Source: Leptogorgia sarmentosa
Lineage: Eukaryota
Assembly (NCBI GenBank): GCA_964658305.1
Contig: OZ210885.1
Location: forward strand, 8,184,001-8,248,000
DNA length: 64,000 bases
Direction of reading: 5' to 3'
A model generated the notes under the pieces. It was not told where the DNA came from and did not search any database. It saw nothing but the letters and a program-made list of their open reading frames with translations. A program made the translations under genes and the position numbers. Within the stretch, counting starts at the first letter, position 1. The number at the start of each line of letters is the position of its first letter. Positions 32,383 to 45,281 of this stretch are shown one piece after another.

Positions 32383-32465
32383 ATTCCGCTGCGTATCATT
32401 TGTGTCGCACATTCTTTGTGCACTTTATGAGAACAAGGAAGAATTTGACATCCAGTGAAAGCATC
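32383..32465 (-). CDS. RING-H2 exon
   Basis: AG/GT bounded; DAFTGCQILPCSHKVHKECATQMIRSG. Confidence 0.9.
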
Positions 32466-32739
32466 CTGCACAAAAAAGCAGTTTATTGATCAATAAAAAT
32501 ACGAGCATGCATGTGTATATTTAAAGACTCGACCAAGAACGGGATTACGCAAACGGACATCCACTAAAACAAGGTTTTCGAAATTTAGGGTTAGGTTTTA
32601 GGGGTTTTTAGGGTCATGGTTAGCTTTGGGATTAGGATTAGTTTTCTATTTAGGGGTAGGTTAGTTTTAGCAATAGTTGAGGGGCAATCGTGTTCTGTTG
32701 TGGACGATAAGACAAAATTTTGAAACACGAAAGAGTCCT

Positions 32740-32878
32740 GGGGCCGCTTGTATAAAAACGTAGTTAAAGTTAACTATAGTTAAGTGTGAAAATTGAGCTA
32801 TCAGAAACGCGTATTTCAAAGTTAACTATCATTTAACTACGAAACGGATAGTTAAGAGTTTTATACAACCGGTCCCTG
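32740..32878. mobile_element. Palindromic MITE (intronic)
   Basis: GGGGCCGCTTGTATAAAA...TTTTATACAACCGGTCCC. Confidence 0.65.
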
Positions 32879-33353
32879 GTATACTTGCGAAGATTGGTTG
32901 CGAAATATCGTGAATTGTGGAAAGTACGGTCAGCTGAAGCTTGCACATGTTGTATCTTTTTTGTATTACTGCCAGAAAAGCGTTACCACTTTTCAAAAAG
33001 TGCAACAAAAGGTTTTGTATCGAAAACGGAAGCTACAACATGTGATTCAGGTGTGGTGTATGTGGGATATTCAAGTCACAATGTTAGATATTCCCGTCAA
33101 GCTTGTTCAAAATTATACACTATTTTCTCCAAACTGGGATAATCAGTGCAAACACAACAGATTCGATACAAATTGTGATATTTTTACGTGTGTAGGTGGC
33201 GGGTAGGGGTGGGGGTTCAAACTAAACTGTTTTGCAAGGTCATATATAGTAAAACGTAATACAGGGCGTTTCCATAGTAGATTAATTACTTCCAAAACTT
33301 CATACAACAAATGAAAGTGACATAGTGAAACATATTTGACAGTGAAACAGTAC

Positions 33354-33474
33354 CTCTAAGCAAATGCAGCACTCGTCATGCGCGGAGCCTTCACGACACT
33401 TGTGGTTTCCACGAAGTTGCACATCCAAACAAACTCCACAGACATCACAATGAAACGAACGATCTCCGTGAATT
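33354..33474 (-). CDS. CTCHY/RING-start exon (RCHY1-like)
   Basis: AG/GT bounded; IHGDRSFHCDVCGVCLDVQLRGNHKCREGSAHDECCICLE. Confidence 0.92.
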
Positions 33475-33940
33475 CTGATATAAAACAAATGTTGCATTGC
33501 ATTAATTTCTTCACCTATAAAAACTCCCCAACCAATTTCCCGCCAAAAACCTAATATTTCCCAACTTGTATCTGTTGTTCACTCAACGCTTGTTTTACCT
33601 CCTAAGGTTGATTCATAAAGTGAATAGAATATGTGAAATTCAACTCATAGTTGGTTCAATTGAGTGGGACCTAGCAGTCAGATAGAAATCTATTTTTCGA
33701 TTGAAACAACTTAATATCTCACACTTTATTCCCGATTCCTTATTTTTGTCAGAGCTATATAGTTCTCATAGAAGTTTAGAGTATTTGTAATTGCTTTCTA
33801 TTACGACTCTCGTAAAACATACAGGCAGTGGTAGTCATGAAGCCCGAGAATATATCATAATGTATATTATGGTCGATTGACTAATTGGTGTACCTAAAGA
33901 GAGTGTGTTAATTATGTCGATTATGCTAATTAAAACATAC

Positions 33941-34059
33941 CTGCAGATTCCGCACTTTTCACAATGATACGGATGATCATCGGTGCCAGTCAAATGTTTA
34001 CACATTCCACAATAATACTGCGCAAATCTGGCACCACAATTGCAGCAATGTTCACCAAA
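33941..34059 (-). CDS. CHY/CTCHY exon (RCHY1-like)
   Basis: AG/GT bounded; FGEHCCNCGARFAQYYCGMCKHLTGTDDHPYHCEKCGICR. Confidence 0.92.
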
Positions 34060-34269
34060 CTAAAAAAATTTCATAGATATTTCTTCATTCTCTATTAATA
34101 ATATTTATCATACTAAATTTGATTATTGCAAAATCTTCACTTCAGAAAATAAATACGCAAACGATTGTTGATCTCATACTCCTTGTCAGTTAGCACAAAT
34201 AATCATCATTTTTGGGAACAAGTTCGGCGTCGCCTACAAATTTTATCTACGACATAAAATGTGGGTTAC

Positions 34270-34610
34270 CTGTTGTACTTTGTTACAATATACACACTTC
34301 AGCATCTTCGTGTCACGTGATTTCAGCTTCTTTCGACCGCACGTGCTTTGGTTGTTATGACAACGATGACAAGGCCAAAACGTGTCACAACAATCAAATT
34401 TGACATAACAATGTCGTTTGTAATGACTGCATAACCAGTTGTCGTCTCGGTCTGGGTCCCGGTTGGGACTGTTGCTTCGTTCATTGTCTGGACGTTGGAA
34501 CTTGGAAAGTTTTGAACCACCGTTACCGACTGCCCGAGTATTACGTACGCCATTTGCTGATGATAAAGTTGTCCTTGTTCCATCATTTCCAGACGTTGTT
34601 CTTCTCTCGT
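34270..34610 (-). CDS. CHY zinc-finger exon (RCHY1/Pirh2-like)
   Basis: AG/GT bounded, open frame not in the ORF track: CSHYKRHCYVKFDCCDTFWPCHRCHN...CVYCNKVQQ. Confidence 0.92.
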
Positions 34611-35283
34611 CTATATTTTTAAAGAAGGAGTTAGAGAAGCAATAAACAGAACGTAGCAGTTCATGGAAATATTAAAAAACAACGCAAAATGAACAGAGCT
34701 AGATTCCAGTATTGTGGACTTTCTTTCGACACAGTTCGAGTCATTAATCATGTGAAAATGAAAGTAATACCCTTTCAATATAGCAACTTGATAGTATTTA
34801 ATATTTTTGTTTCACGCAATATCTTTGTTTAATCAAGGCAATTCAGATAAAGAAATCAAATAACGCTTGTGGACCTTACAAAGTGTTTGGTACACATGAA
34901 TCACGATTTATAGGGGGCCTAGGGGCTGATATTATTTTTAGATTTTTAGAATGAGATTAGGATCAGGATTGGGATCAGGTTGAGGATTTTGGTTGGGATT
35001 TTAACACAAGAATGTGACAGGTATTTGTTTGGTAAATTCAAGTATATAAGTGTTACGATTTTGGAAGGGATTACCTATCAGTTAAAGAACAACGCGATTC
35101 GATAGGCGGGGTAAAACTTAATAAGACAAACAACAGTACATATATGCATATATGGTTAATAAAAATAATGCATATATGGTTAATTTTGGTTACAACTCGA
35201 AGTCGCCAAGACTCATCAAATTGTTTTTAGCGAAACTAAGTTTTAAAATCTAACAAAATATGAGAAACTACAGGTACACTTAC

Positions 35284-37551
35284 TTGTAACTGGACCATCC
35301 GCATTAACTGTTACCTCGGCCATTCTAACTGAATTAAATCCACCAGCTGGTTTACCGGGGTTTTGCTGCTCAGATGCCGAGGATTGGTTTCTCAGAGACC
35401 TAACAGAACTGCGTGTTGAATTGGATGTATCTGAGAAGCTTCTCGAAGATTGCGGTTGAGTCGAAGGCAGGGAATTATGTACTCCACTGTTTACAGGTGC
35501 TCTGGACAGATTTCTGCTCGTGTTCATCGAAAATTGACCGCTGTTCATGGCATTTAGAAAACCTGGATTCCTCGTAATGGCTCTACGTCCATGGTTTTGT
35601 ACCAGATTTGCAGCGTGCTTTTTAGATGCTTGACTTTGACGAAGTAGATCATAGTCACCAAGGAGAAATGCGTCTATAATATGCACAAGATCAAATCTGA
35701 CAATGGATTCAAAGAAATCAGAGAGTTGATGTAAATCTGAAGCGTTGATGACTCCTTTTTCATCAAGTTGAAAGAGAATATCAGTGGCATTCCGTGGGTT
35801 ATTGATTGAGAAATTCTGAGCCGTCCAGTCTTGTAATAGCATGACGTCCGAGGAGAGAAGGTTTTGTGCAAGGGATAGCAAAAGGAGCTTGTAATTGTTA
35901 TACAAGGTTGTTGCAACTGATGTGGGTGGAATGTTCCTCAATGATATGGACTCTCTTCCAGAATCATCTTGCTGGACCGAAAATGACAAACCACGCTGGG
36001 ATGCGGACGCCTGATCGCGGGTTCCCTCGACATTTCCTGATGGACTACTTCCCTCTCCGCCACTGGAGTTCTCTGTAGATTGGATACTTGCTGTATTTTG
36101 GACCGTTGCGGTTTGCTCGAAGCCGTTAACAGTATTGCTTTCCTGATTTCTTGCTTGGAACGTCCTTTCATTTTCGTCATTTCGGACATTCGCTACCCCG
36201 CCTGGTTCATGGTTGTTATCTGGCACCAAGGCCTCGGCTCCATTGACGAGGTGACCACGAGAGGAAGCTGCTTCATCGACAGATGATGAATTTAGTACTG
36301 CAGGATTTCGACTTTTATTACTACTGATTGGAGGTCTTGACGAACCATTTGCAACAAGGTATCCTTGATCGCCGCTGTTGCCCAACTCATTCGATCTGGG
36401 CTTTCGAGAGTTGGACATGGCAGATCTTTTATCTTCCTGTGAGGGAGATTGAAATATGTGACGGAAGTGCTCCGATTTTCTTTCTTCGTTTTCTTTAGCC
36501 GTCTTCTCAACTGTTACTTCGCCAAGCTCTGACAAGATCTCTTTGTTTATGGACTGCAATGCTGCCAGTTGCTTTCTAAGAGACAGGTTTTCATCCTCCA
36601 GTTCTGTTACTCTCGCGGAAATCATCCGAGTTGATGGCTGCGAGAAATAGAGCGAATTCCTTCCTTTCAACGCGTTTTCTTGCGACATCTTTTCATACTT
36701 CATCTTTTTGTCGGGACGAGAATCTCCAATATGCCCAGGAATCCATTTTCCCTGACTTTCTTTTCCAATCTGCGGAACATTGATATCGTTGAATATCTTT
36801 CTTTCGGGCTTCTTTCCTTTTTTACATTGTTGACGATTAGAATCTTCTTCTAAACATGCAAAATCTTGCACTTTGGTTTTCGTCTTTGTTTTTAAGGAGC
36901 CTTGTACCAAATCATCTTCAGGTTTCTGTAAAGTACTTCCAGGATTGTGATCATAAGTTTGAGCAACGTCGTCGTGGTCAATGTTTCCACGCCAATTCTT
37001 GTTTTCCTTTTTCTTCTTGCTCTTGTAATTTGGTGATAGAGGAGGAGAATTACGGTTTGGTTGCGCATTCAAATCAAGATCCAAGTTTTGATTTTCAAAA
37101 TCCTGAGATTCTTCATTTTCTTTACCGTTGAGCGAATGTGTCATTAGAAGTGAACGCGAAGCCTCTAAGAAACTGTCAATTTCGCCTGGTGTGAGAAGTT
37201 TTGTACATGAATATTTTCTGCGATCAAGTAACAGTTTCAACGGTCCAGCAGTTTCCTCGCTTGGACGTTCAAGATAGCTCTGAAATAAATCTAGCGAATG
37301 TAATGTTTGTGCGAACACAGCTTTGATGTCAAAAATAGAATTTAGTAATTCTTTAGTGAATTTTTCCTCGGCTACGTTTGGAGATTCGATATTGAAAGAA
37401 ATTAAGTGGTTTGTATAATAATGCTCAACCACTTTATTTGTAAGACCGCCAAGGAATTTAAACATTTGCACAAGGTTTGTCGGTTCATTTGTAAGGCAAA
37501 TTTTCTTGTGTGGATGTACCAGAGAGAATTCTGAAGTTAAATTATGGAAAT
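35284..37551 (-). CDS. Large exon: unknown helical region, low-complexity linker, coiled coil and death-effector domain
   Basis: Open 2268-bp exon, phase 1-1; YKLLLLSLAQNLLSSDV...DILFQLDEKGVI...LSDFFESIVRFDLVHIIDAF is DED-like. Confidence 0.85.
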
Positions 37552-38340
37552 CTAGAAAATATAAATATAGAATAGTTAATCTTGAATAATTAGCTCAAAT
37601 TCGTGCGAAGAGGTTTTTCTAAAAATCGATTATGTAGAAAAAATAGATCCAGTTGCGTATTCGATCACGAATCAATGTCGCCAATTTTTTGTGCCTAAAT
37701 CCGCTGGGTTGTCAGAGCAATAAATCAAGTATGGTCGAGCAATTGAATTATATGAAGAATCGAGAGTATTTTTTTTTAGCAACGTTTTATGACGACGCAG
37801 TCCTGATACTCCAAAATTAATTTTGCTCAGTATCAGCCTTCCGAGAAGGATGCTGGTCAATTTTTACTCCAAGTTTTCCATCTGCGCTTGGCCTAATTGT
37901 GGCTTATTGTCTATTACAATAATTTTGAGATTTTGGATAGCATGGTTTTATATTTATTTTGTATCGAACGTTTTTATATTTTGCATATAAAGTATTACTC
38001 GACTGTGATTGGTCGATTCAGTGCAGTTAATCCCAAATCACAGTGCAACTTTCTGTTACCACTTTGAACCAATCAAATTAGAGCTCAAGCTACAGATTTC
38101 TTCAAAACAAAACAAACATGGCGGCCGCGCTAAACAAAGTAAAAATTGTCTGCGGGTCGAAAATATAGCTTTTATCTTTTTCTTATGATGGAAAAAACTT
38201 TATCTCAAACAAGACTAACAAAAGTTACGTGTTTGGGTGAATTTTAAAACCGTAAACGCTGTAAAATGTGAAATAAACTAAGCAAGAAAACTCTGCCGGT
38301 GAAATTTCGCTTTGAAATTTCGCTAATAGGTAATATTACC

Positions 38341-38506
38341 AGGTAATAAGTATGGTTTCTCGTGCAATTTGGATAACATACACTCGTGAGTTTTCCAAAG
38401 ACCTCAAATAACACTCGTCCTTTGGACTCGTGCTACTTTGAGGTCTTTGGAAAACTCACTCGTGCATGTTAATTCCAAATTGCACTCGAAACCATACTAT
38501 TACCTA
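38341..38506. mobile_element. Palindromic MITE (related copies ~45410-45570 and partial ~25670-25735)
   Basis: AGGTAATAAGTATGGTTTC..GTGCAATTTGGA inverted arms. Confidence 0.8.
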
Positions 38507-38718
38507 TACTAATAAAAAAGGCAGTTATTTGCAAAATAATCATATTTGTTTGGATTCTTAGACCGATCCCTTGCGAAGAATCTTTTCATCGTCACATCAT
38601 TTAGGTGATGAGCGGAACTTTTACTGCATTTGGATGTAATTATGCGCAACCAACATTGGCCTTAAATTTATTTAAAGATACAGTAAATAATGAGTTCGAA
38701 CACGTGAAAAAAAAATAC

Positions 38719-40206
38719 CTTTGTCTCCAGTTGTAGACAGTTTTGACTGCTCAATGTCGCTTAATAATTTGTCAGTTTCTTCAACGTTTGCGGTAAGATC
38801 TTCAATTTGTTTGCATTCTTTTAACTTTCTAATAAATGTTTCTTCTTTTGGGCTGAGAGGATGTTTCTCCAATTCATCAATATTTTGTGGAAAGACGACT
38901 TTGAAATTGTGCCATTTGTCATCAGGGAGGATTTCAAAAGGATTCATGTGTGAAAGTTTCTTCCGTACTTTGAACCCTGGTCTACTGGTTATAAATATCT
39001 TAATCCATGCTGGTAATTGCGAAAACTGTTCTGATATCAACTCTAAAAACTCACTTTTGTCATCAGTCTTGCTCTCGTCCAAAGCATCAACAACGATCAA
39101 CATTGGTTTATCGTGTCTGTCCAGTTTAAAAAGTGGTTCGTTCAAAAGGACACGGAAAGCGTTTGATTGCAAGTCCCGAGAATGGTCAAAGCAAAGAACT
39201 TCTGACAGTTTATCACGAAATCCTTCAACATTCTCGCACATTTGACTCGCAAGAGACTGTAGAATTATGTGAGGATTTCTGAAATCTGACTTTCTAAAAT
39301 CGCAGAAATGGCATGCGGCGAGTTGACCACGTTCTTTGTACAGCTCACAAATCCTTGCTGACAAAACACTTTTCCCAATGCCAGGGCCTGCAGTCACAAT
39401 CATAACCTTTGGATATTCTTTATCCATCCATCTTGAGATCTCATCAAGGAGCCATACTCTTGTACCTTCGTGAAACATTCCACTTAGATCTTTGATCTTT
39501 CCAGTAAAGTTAAACTTGGATAGTCGGTTGATTTGCGAGAAATTCGTCATTTGATTGGCTTTTCGTAACGCAGGAATTTCACTTCGAAGCTTTTTCTCAC
39601 CACTTTCAATATCATCCAGTTCTGACAAGATTTCATTCTCCAGTTCTTTCCATTCCTTCAATTTTTCAACATAACTTTCTTCTTCAGGACTGAGAGGAGC
39701 TTCTTTCAGTTCATCAATGTCTTGTTGAGGAATTCCTAGCTTCACCAAAGAATTTGAAATTTCTTGCCACAATGTTTCAAATGTAGTGTCGTCTAACTGA
39801 GCACTTGCTGTATGACCGTACACGTCGTTTCTAAAGATTTTGATTCTCGTAATATTCGCGGATATCGAAGTATCGCTAGTTGGAGGCATAACATCCCACC
39901 CAGTCGCTGGTGGAGGCAATCCACAAATATTTCGTAGAAGAATTGTCAATAATGTTACATCAAAATGTTTTGAATCTGGTGTCCCCGAAGCAGGAAAGAG
40001 TAAGTTCCACTGCGAGGCTTTAATTACACTGTATCTTATCTTCTTCAAGGCTGGTTTATTTGTATTCAATACGGTGGATAAAGTTGCAGGTGGATGTTTA
40101 ACATGAAGAGCAGCTCTTAATGCTTCGCCTCCTTTGTCTACCAACAGACGAGAAATCCTTATAACATTAGCTTCTGCTTTTACTGGATTCATCTTTGAGA
40201 TCAACG
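38719..40206 (-). CDS. Exon encoding DZIP3-type HEPN domain + NACHT/NPHP3-like STAND NTPase (truncated)
   Basis: FDVTLLTILLRNIC, RIKIFRNDVYGH; GPGIGKS, CHFCDF, IVVDALDE, ITSRP; AG/GT phase 1-1. Confidence 0.9.
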
Positions 40207-41518
40207 CTAAATATGGAATTTTCCATGGGAAAAGAAGCATTAAAAACAGTAAGTAAGGGGTCCAAGGATAGTGCAAAGTTTCTACGAAGATATCGAGCTA
40301 AAGCTGGTGTTACACTGGACGATTTCCGACAAAATTTCGCAATGCAATTAAGTTGTACGAGATTTGATTAGTGAAAGGTATTTAGATTATAGGTAAGTTT
40401 GCCATACACATAACTGAACAGTTAGCATGCTAAATTCACATCAATTAGCAATATATATTCAATTGGTACCCATTTTTAGTACTTAATATCATTGTAGTCA
40501 ATTTCCTGTACGCTGATTGGCTAAAAAGCTTCAACAACTGTGAGAATTAAACATTAATTACACAGGTGTGTAATTAATTTTTCAAATACCACACTTCGAG
40601 CCCGCGATATGCGAGCGGTAAATTTAAAAACAAGTAAAACTACAGTAAAATTTTTGTTTCTCGTATAATTTTACGATGGATTTTCATTTGTTTGATATTG
40701 AAATTGCACTGAAATTGACTACAATGATATTAAAAGGAAATTACACTTGTTCTCGTGCTTCGCACTCACGGTATTTCGCCAAACACGCGTGCAATTTGGC
40801 AATGTCAAGTAGGGATAATGAAATAGGCATTTATACTTATCAGTATCTAAAATGATATATTTGATAATTAATAGAATCATAATATTAATGAAATGCAAAT
40901 GCTGGTATTTGATAAGCCCCTTTCTTTGCTATTTTCTATCTACATTTAGTATACACCCAACCATCGTCTATTACAAATGCTAAATTCTGATTGGCTACTC
41001 AGCCGTTTGTCTATTCTGTGATAGACCACGGTTCGCGAAAAAGCAAAGGAAAACAATATGGCTACTGCAGAAAACTCGCGTTTTGCTGAGGTTTCTGAAG
41101 AATTTTCTTCATATAAACAATTCTGGGCATAGAGTGTATACTAAAACAATTAGACAACTCGGCCTTGTTGACTATTCGCTCATAGACAACTCTGCCTCGT
41201 TGTCTAATTGTTAAATATTCAGGGGCGCACATTAGGGGTGTGTGTGTGGGGGGGTTATGTTGTCGCTTCTTGTGATTGCTTTGCGAAATATGTGGCTTTC
41301 TAGTGACCAAGTTTACCCTTTGTATAAAACCACTTATATACAACATATTCTGTCTATATCGTGTTAAATTGCAATTGCGCACTTACTGAGATGTAGTATG
41401 TGAAAATTGATTGCCTAAACTTTCGTATTTGAAGACTACACTTTATATTCTATCGGTACAAACATTCTAACATAACATGCTGCCGTTTTCAAACTGCATG
41501 TTATTGCATATGATATTT

Positions 41519-41692
41519 GCTGGGATTTATATTGCACAATGCAACCGCAATACTGCGAGAATAAATTTACAGAATCGCAACTTCTAATTCGACGAAATAA
41601 CACGCTGAGATTTATATTGCGCAGTACAACCGCAATACTACGAGATCAAGTTTACAGAATCGCAACTTCTACTTCGATGAAATAACACGCTG
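41519..41692 (+). repeat. ~85-bp tandem duplication
   Basis: GATTTATATTGC...ACAGAATCGCAACTTCT...GAAATAACACGCTG twice. Confidence 0.8.
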
Positions 41693-41868
41693 CCTTATAA
41701 ACACTTTGTAGAATTGCAATTGTGTATTTACTAGGACTTAGAAAGACAAAATTGTTTGCCCCAACGTTCGCATTTCAACACTACACTTCACATTTTATTA
41801 GCAAAAACATTGCAACATCGCCTCCGCTCCTCCACGGCCGCCATCTTGTCGTTACGTAACAAACTTAA

Positions 41869-42901
41869 GGTTACATCACACGATGAAAAGTTGATTTTTT
41901 GACTTTTTATGTTTTTACATAGTTATATTATAGACATAAGTATCTATCATATTTCGCAAAATATTGAAATGCGACGGAGATATAGAGAAATGCTTTTTTT
42001 CTGACATAAAGAATTGCGCGCGAAAGTTTTAGACACATACTGTCATTCCGGCATAGCGCAAGGTGTTATCCATAATTTGAAGGTGTGAATTGGAGTTTGG
42101 GGCAATATACGATATTAGTTACAGCACTGCATATTTCTCAAACATTATTCGCGTGCTGAATAGCGACATGTCTAAAAGAAAGGGTGCGAAGTGTAGAAAC
42201 GAGTCTCTCGTATATAGCATTACATGTATTCTACCCAAATTCCAATGCCAAAACACGTTGTCAAAACTTAACAAGGTATACCAAACCGCGCGATTATGAT
42301 TGGTTCCATACCGGAGGTGTTAATTAAGAGGGTGGAGAGGCTGATAAGACCCCGCGAAACATTAATCCGTCTTTTACAGCAATTGAAAATATTGAAAATT
42401 TCCTCTACAAAAAGTAAAATAAGTTGACAGCGCTTGAACGAATTTTCCCCAATTTTTTACAGGACATTAAACAATATCTGTGCAGCAAAAAAGTGCTCGC
42501 GTTTTCGATTTAATGAAGTACTTTCTTATTTACAGGCATTTTCCTCAACCTCGTATTGTCAAAAACACTACATCAACTTTGATGTTCTATATCAAAGCAA
42601 GTGAAATGTCTGTCAACAAATGCGAACACATTTTTCTTCTTTCATCACTTAGGAATGGAAACACGGCATTTCCGAGGTTTTTGGATAAAACCGGCGCTAC
42701 TTAATTCTCGCGGCGCAAATAGTGTGTATATTTAGGAAAACTCTCAGTGCGGCTTTTTGTTAAAGCGTACTGATCTGCGGTAACGATTGTAGTTTCTCGA
42801 GACATTTATCAATATCTGTGCAAAATTTCAGACAAATTCGTCAAAACCTGAGCGCGCAATGCAAATTTTCTCAAAGTACTGCTCCATGGTGTGATGTAAC
42901 C
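41869..42901. mobile_element. TTAA-targeting non-autonomous transposon (Kolobok-like)
   Basis: TIR GGTTACATCACAC, TTAA on both sides, subterminal inverted GCGCGC motif. Confidence 0.82.
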
Positions 42902-43251
42902 TTAAACGTTGCTTTAGAACGTATTTTCGTCAGTGCAGTAAGATTCCACTTGTTAGTTAAAGGTCTACGCTCAAATCCTCATTTTTGAATTTCAAAATAC
43001 CATATACTGGTTTTTCGTGCCGAAGTTACTTGTCTTATAGATTTGTGGCTGTATTAGCGCCAGGTGCGTTTTACCTTCCACGATGACTGCTAAACCTGCC
43101 CATGACAGGAGATCTAGATATACGTGTAAATATAGGTAATGCGAATCCAATTGATAAAGTATAATTATACTGTTCTTGTTTCTGTTATGTATACTCTGAA
43201 GATATAGTCTGGGCTGGCCAGGGTTTTAGGTGTGTCGGGGTAAAGGGTGCT

Positions 43252-43742
43252 CAGTGGCGTAACACCACCTTGCTCAACCCTTTGCTCCACTAAAACTACC
43301 AAAATAGGCTGCATTTACAACTTATGTCTACACAATCGCAATCTCCACTTAGATATAAATAGCTATAGAATAAGGTCTATGAGATTATGCTTCCGAAGGA
43401 TCCTGAACACAAATAATATTTGCATTTTATTGGAAATATACTAAAATTCCCATTCGTACAGACTTCGTCAATTCGGACTGTGAAAACCCTATGCAAAGTT
43501 CGGATCAGTCACGCGTCTTTTCACGTTTTTGTTTGACTTTGCATGCCAGCATGGTTTTTCGTGAAATTATAACATGATAACATTATTAATGAGCAACTCA
43601 GCTAGCTTCCAATCTGCCTGTTTTTCGTAATTGAATTCCTTAGAATTGTGCTGTCAAATTTTTTATAGTAATTTTTGTCGGGGGCCCTTAAAGCTGGCGG
43701 CCCCGTCACTTGACACCCTGACACCCCTCCGTTACGCCACTG
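43252..43742. mobile_element. hAT-like MITE
   Basis: TIR CAGTGGCGTAAC; 8-bp TSD AGGGTGCT. Confidence 0.88.
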
Positions 43743-45097
43743 AGGGTGCTCAAGTCTCAGGTTGGATTCTTTCTCAGCATTCCAGATAATAACTTAATTA
43801 TGTAATAGTTCAAATATATACAGAAATATAAATTTTCCAGACAAAAGCCTAGATAGCTTTCTGTAGAATACATAATGTATTTTGGTTTTGAGCTTAGGCC
43901 CTCGGGATGCAACAAGAGGGATTTTTTGCAGTGATGAGCAATTTATAATTATCCATCATAACAACTTTCCAGTTGGTGCCTGCACCTTCTTTTACAGTTA
44001 AAGGTCCTTCACTGGTGCGAGCCGGCGAGCCACCCTGCTTCGTTGTTCACTGCTTGAATTAGGATGTACAAGTAGAATTTGACATCAAAACGATATTTTG
44101 AAACAGTAGCCACTGAATATATATATATATGTTTGTGAATATATGTGTTTGTGATTATGTGTTTGTTCTTATTTATTCGTTAATACCACAAGTTTTGATG
44201 TCTATTCGGTCATTCTATGTTGTTTTTACTGAAAAAATTAGGGAAAACCCACAGGGAAAATCCGTATATCCTATCTGCGCGTGCGCAGTGCGAGTATAGC
44301 TGATATGCGCATGCGTATTTCACCAAAACAATGGCGGTTTGGCTATTTTAAGGCACGAAAATAGTAAACTTTGAGTGGATATTTCTCCCAATTGTGCACC
44401 TGTTTCGTTTGGGGAGCAACGGATTCTGATAAAGTACGTTTTTATCTATTCATTCATGTGAAAATTATGTAGTTCCACGAGGGGTGCAACGGAATTGCAT
44501 CTTTTCGATGCTCATCCTACGGCCTATAATAGTTACCCTAGTAGTTTGTATATTTTTGTCAGCCTGGCACCGTGCATTGGATCCAGTTCCGATCCAATCT
44601 CGTGTATTTATTATGTTTGTTACTGAATTAAATTCAATATCATAAATCAAAATGATAATGAGGCACTTTAGGACATAAATCAAAAGAAGAAGCATTTAAC
44701 TACAATCAGCAACATTTAAGCATTCTTGTCGCAATTGAGCTGCGTCAACTTTTCACGAGTGTTTTTTATTTGGTTGTGACCTACGCAGTTAACCCGCCCA
44801 ACATTAAAATTCATTTTTAGTGATGATGAGTGCGACAGCGTGTACTGCACTGCCAATGCTTTCGGATTCCCACTAAATCTGGGAAGTGTTAGAAGACATA
44901 TTGGATTCCTGTTGCCGTTTACTCTAACGAGATATTTTCCTACAGGAAATTTTTAGAAACAGAACGTTGAAGACCGGGAAGGTTCGTGGGGAACAAATTT
45001 TGAAAATTGAATGGCTGCCTGATACTCTGTAAATTTTCCTGCATAATATAATCTGCATAAATAGATTCCCATCTTTCCTAGTTAATTGAAACACTAC

Positions 45098-45281
45098 CTT
45101 TATTCTCTGCAAAATCTGAATGCTCCGTCCTCAGCTTATTCTGACGACATTCGATTTCATCTGTTTTCTCCGCCAGACGTTTAAGCTCCATTGAATGATG
45201 TTCAAGTTTCTCAGCTGCAGACCTTTCAATCTCTTTCATTTTGGATTGTATGTTATCGAGTTTCTCCATCACTGGATTTAT
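45098..45281 (-). CDS. Coiled-coil exon upstream of the HEPN-NACHT exon
   Basis: AG/GT bounded; MEKLDNIQSKMKEIERSAAEKLE...; ends phase 1, matching acceptor at 40206. Confidence 0.7.

Noticed and set aside
34323..34586. 87-aa ORF from the track
   Set aside because: Wrong frame of the CHY exon
31779..34610. Assigning gene symbol RCHY1
   Set aside because: Lacks the C-terminal zinc ribbon and has a very large N-terminal extension; orthology not established
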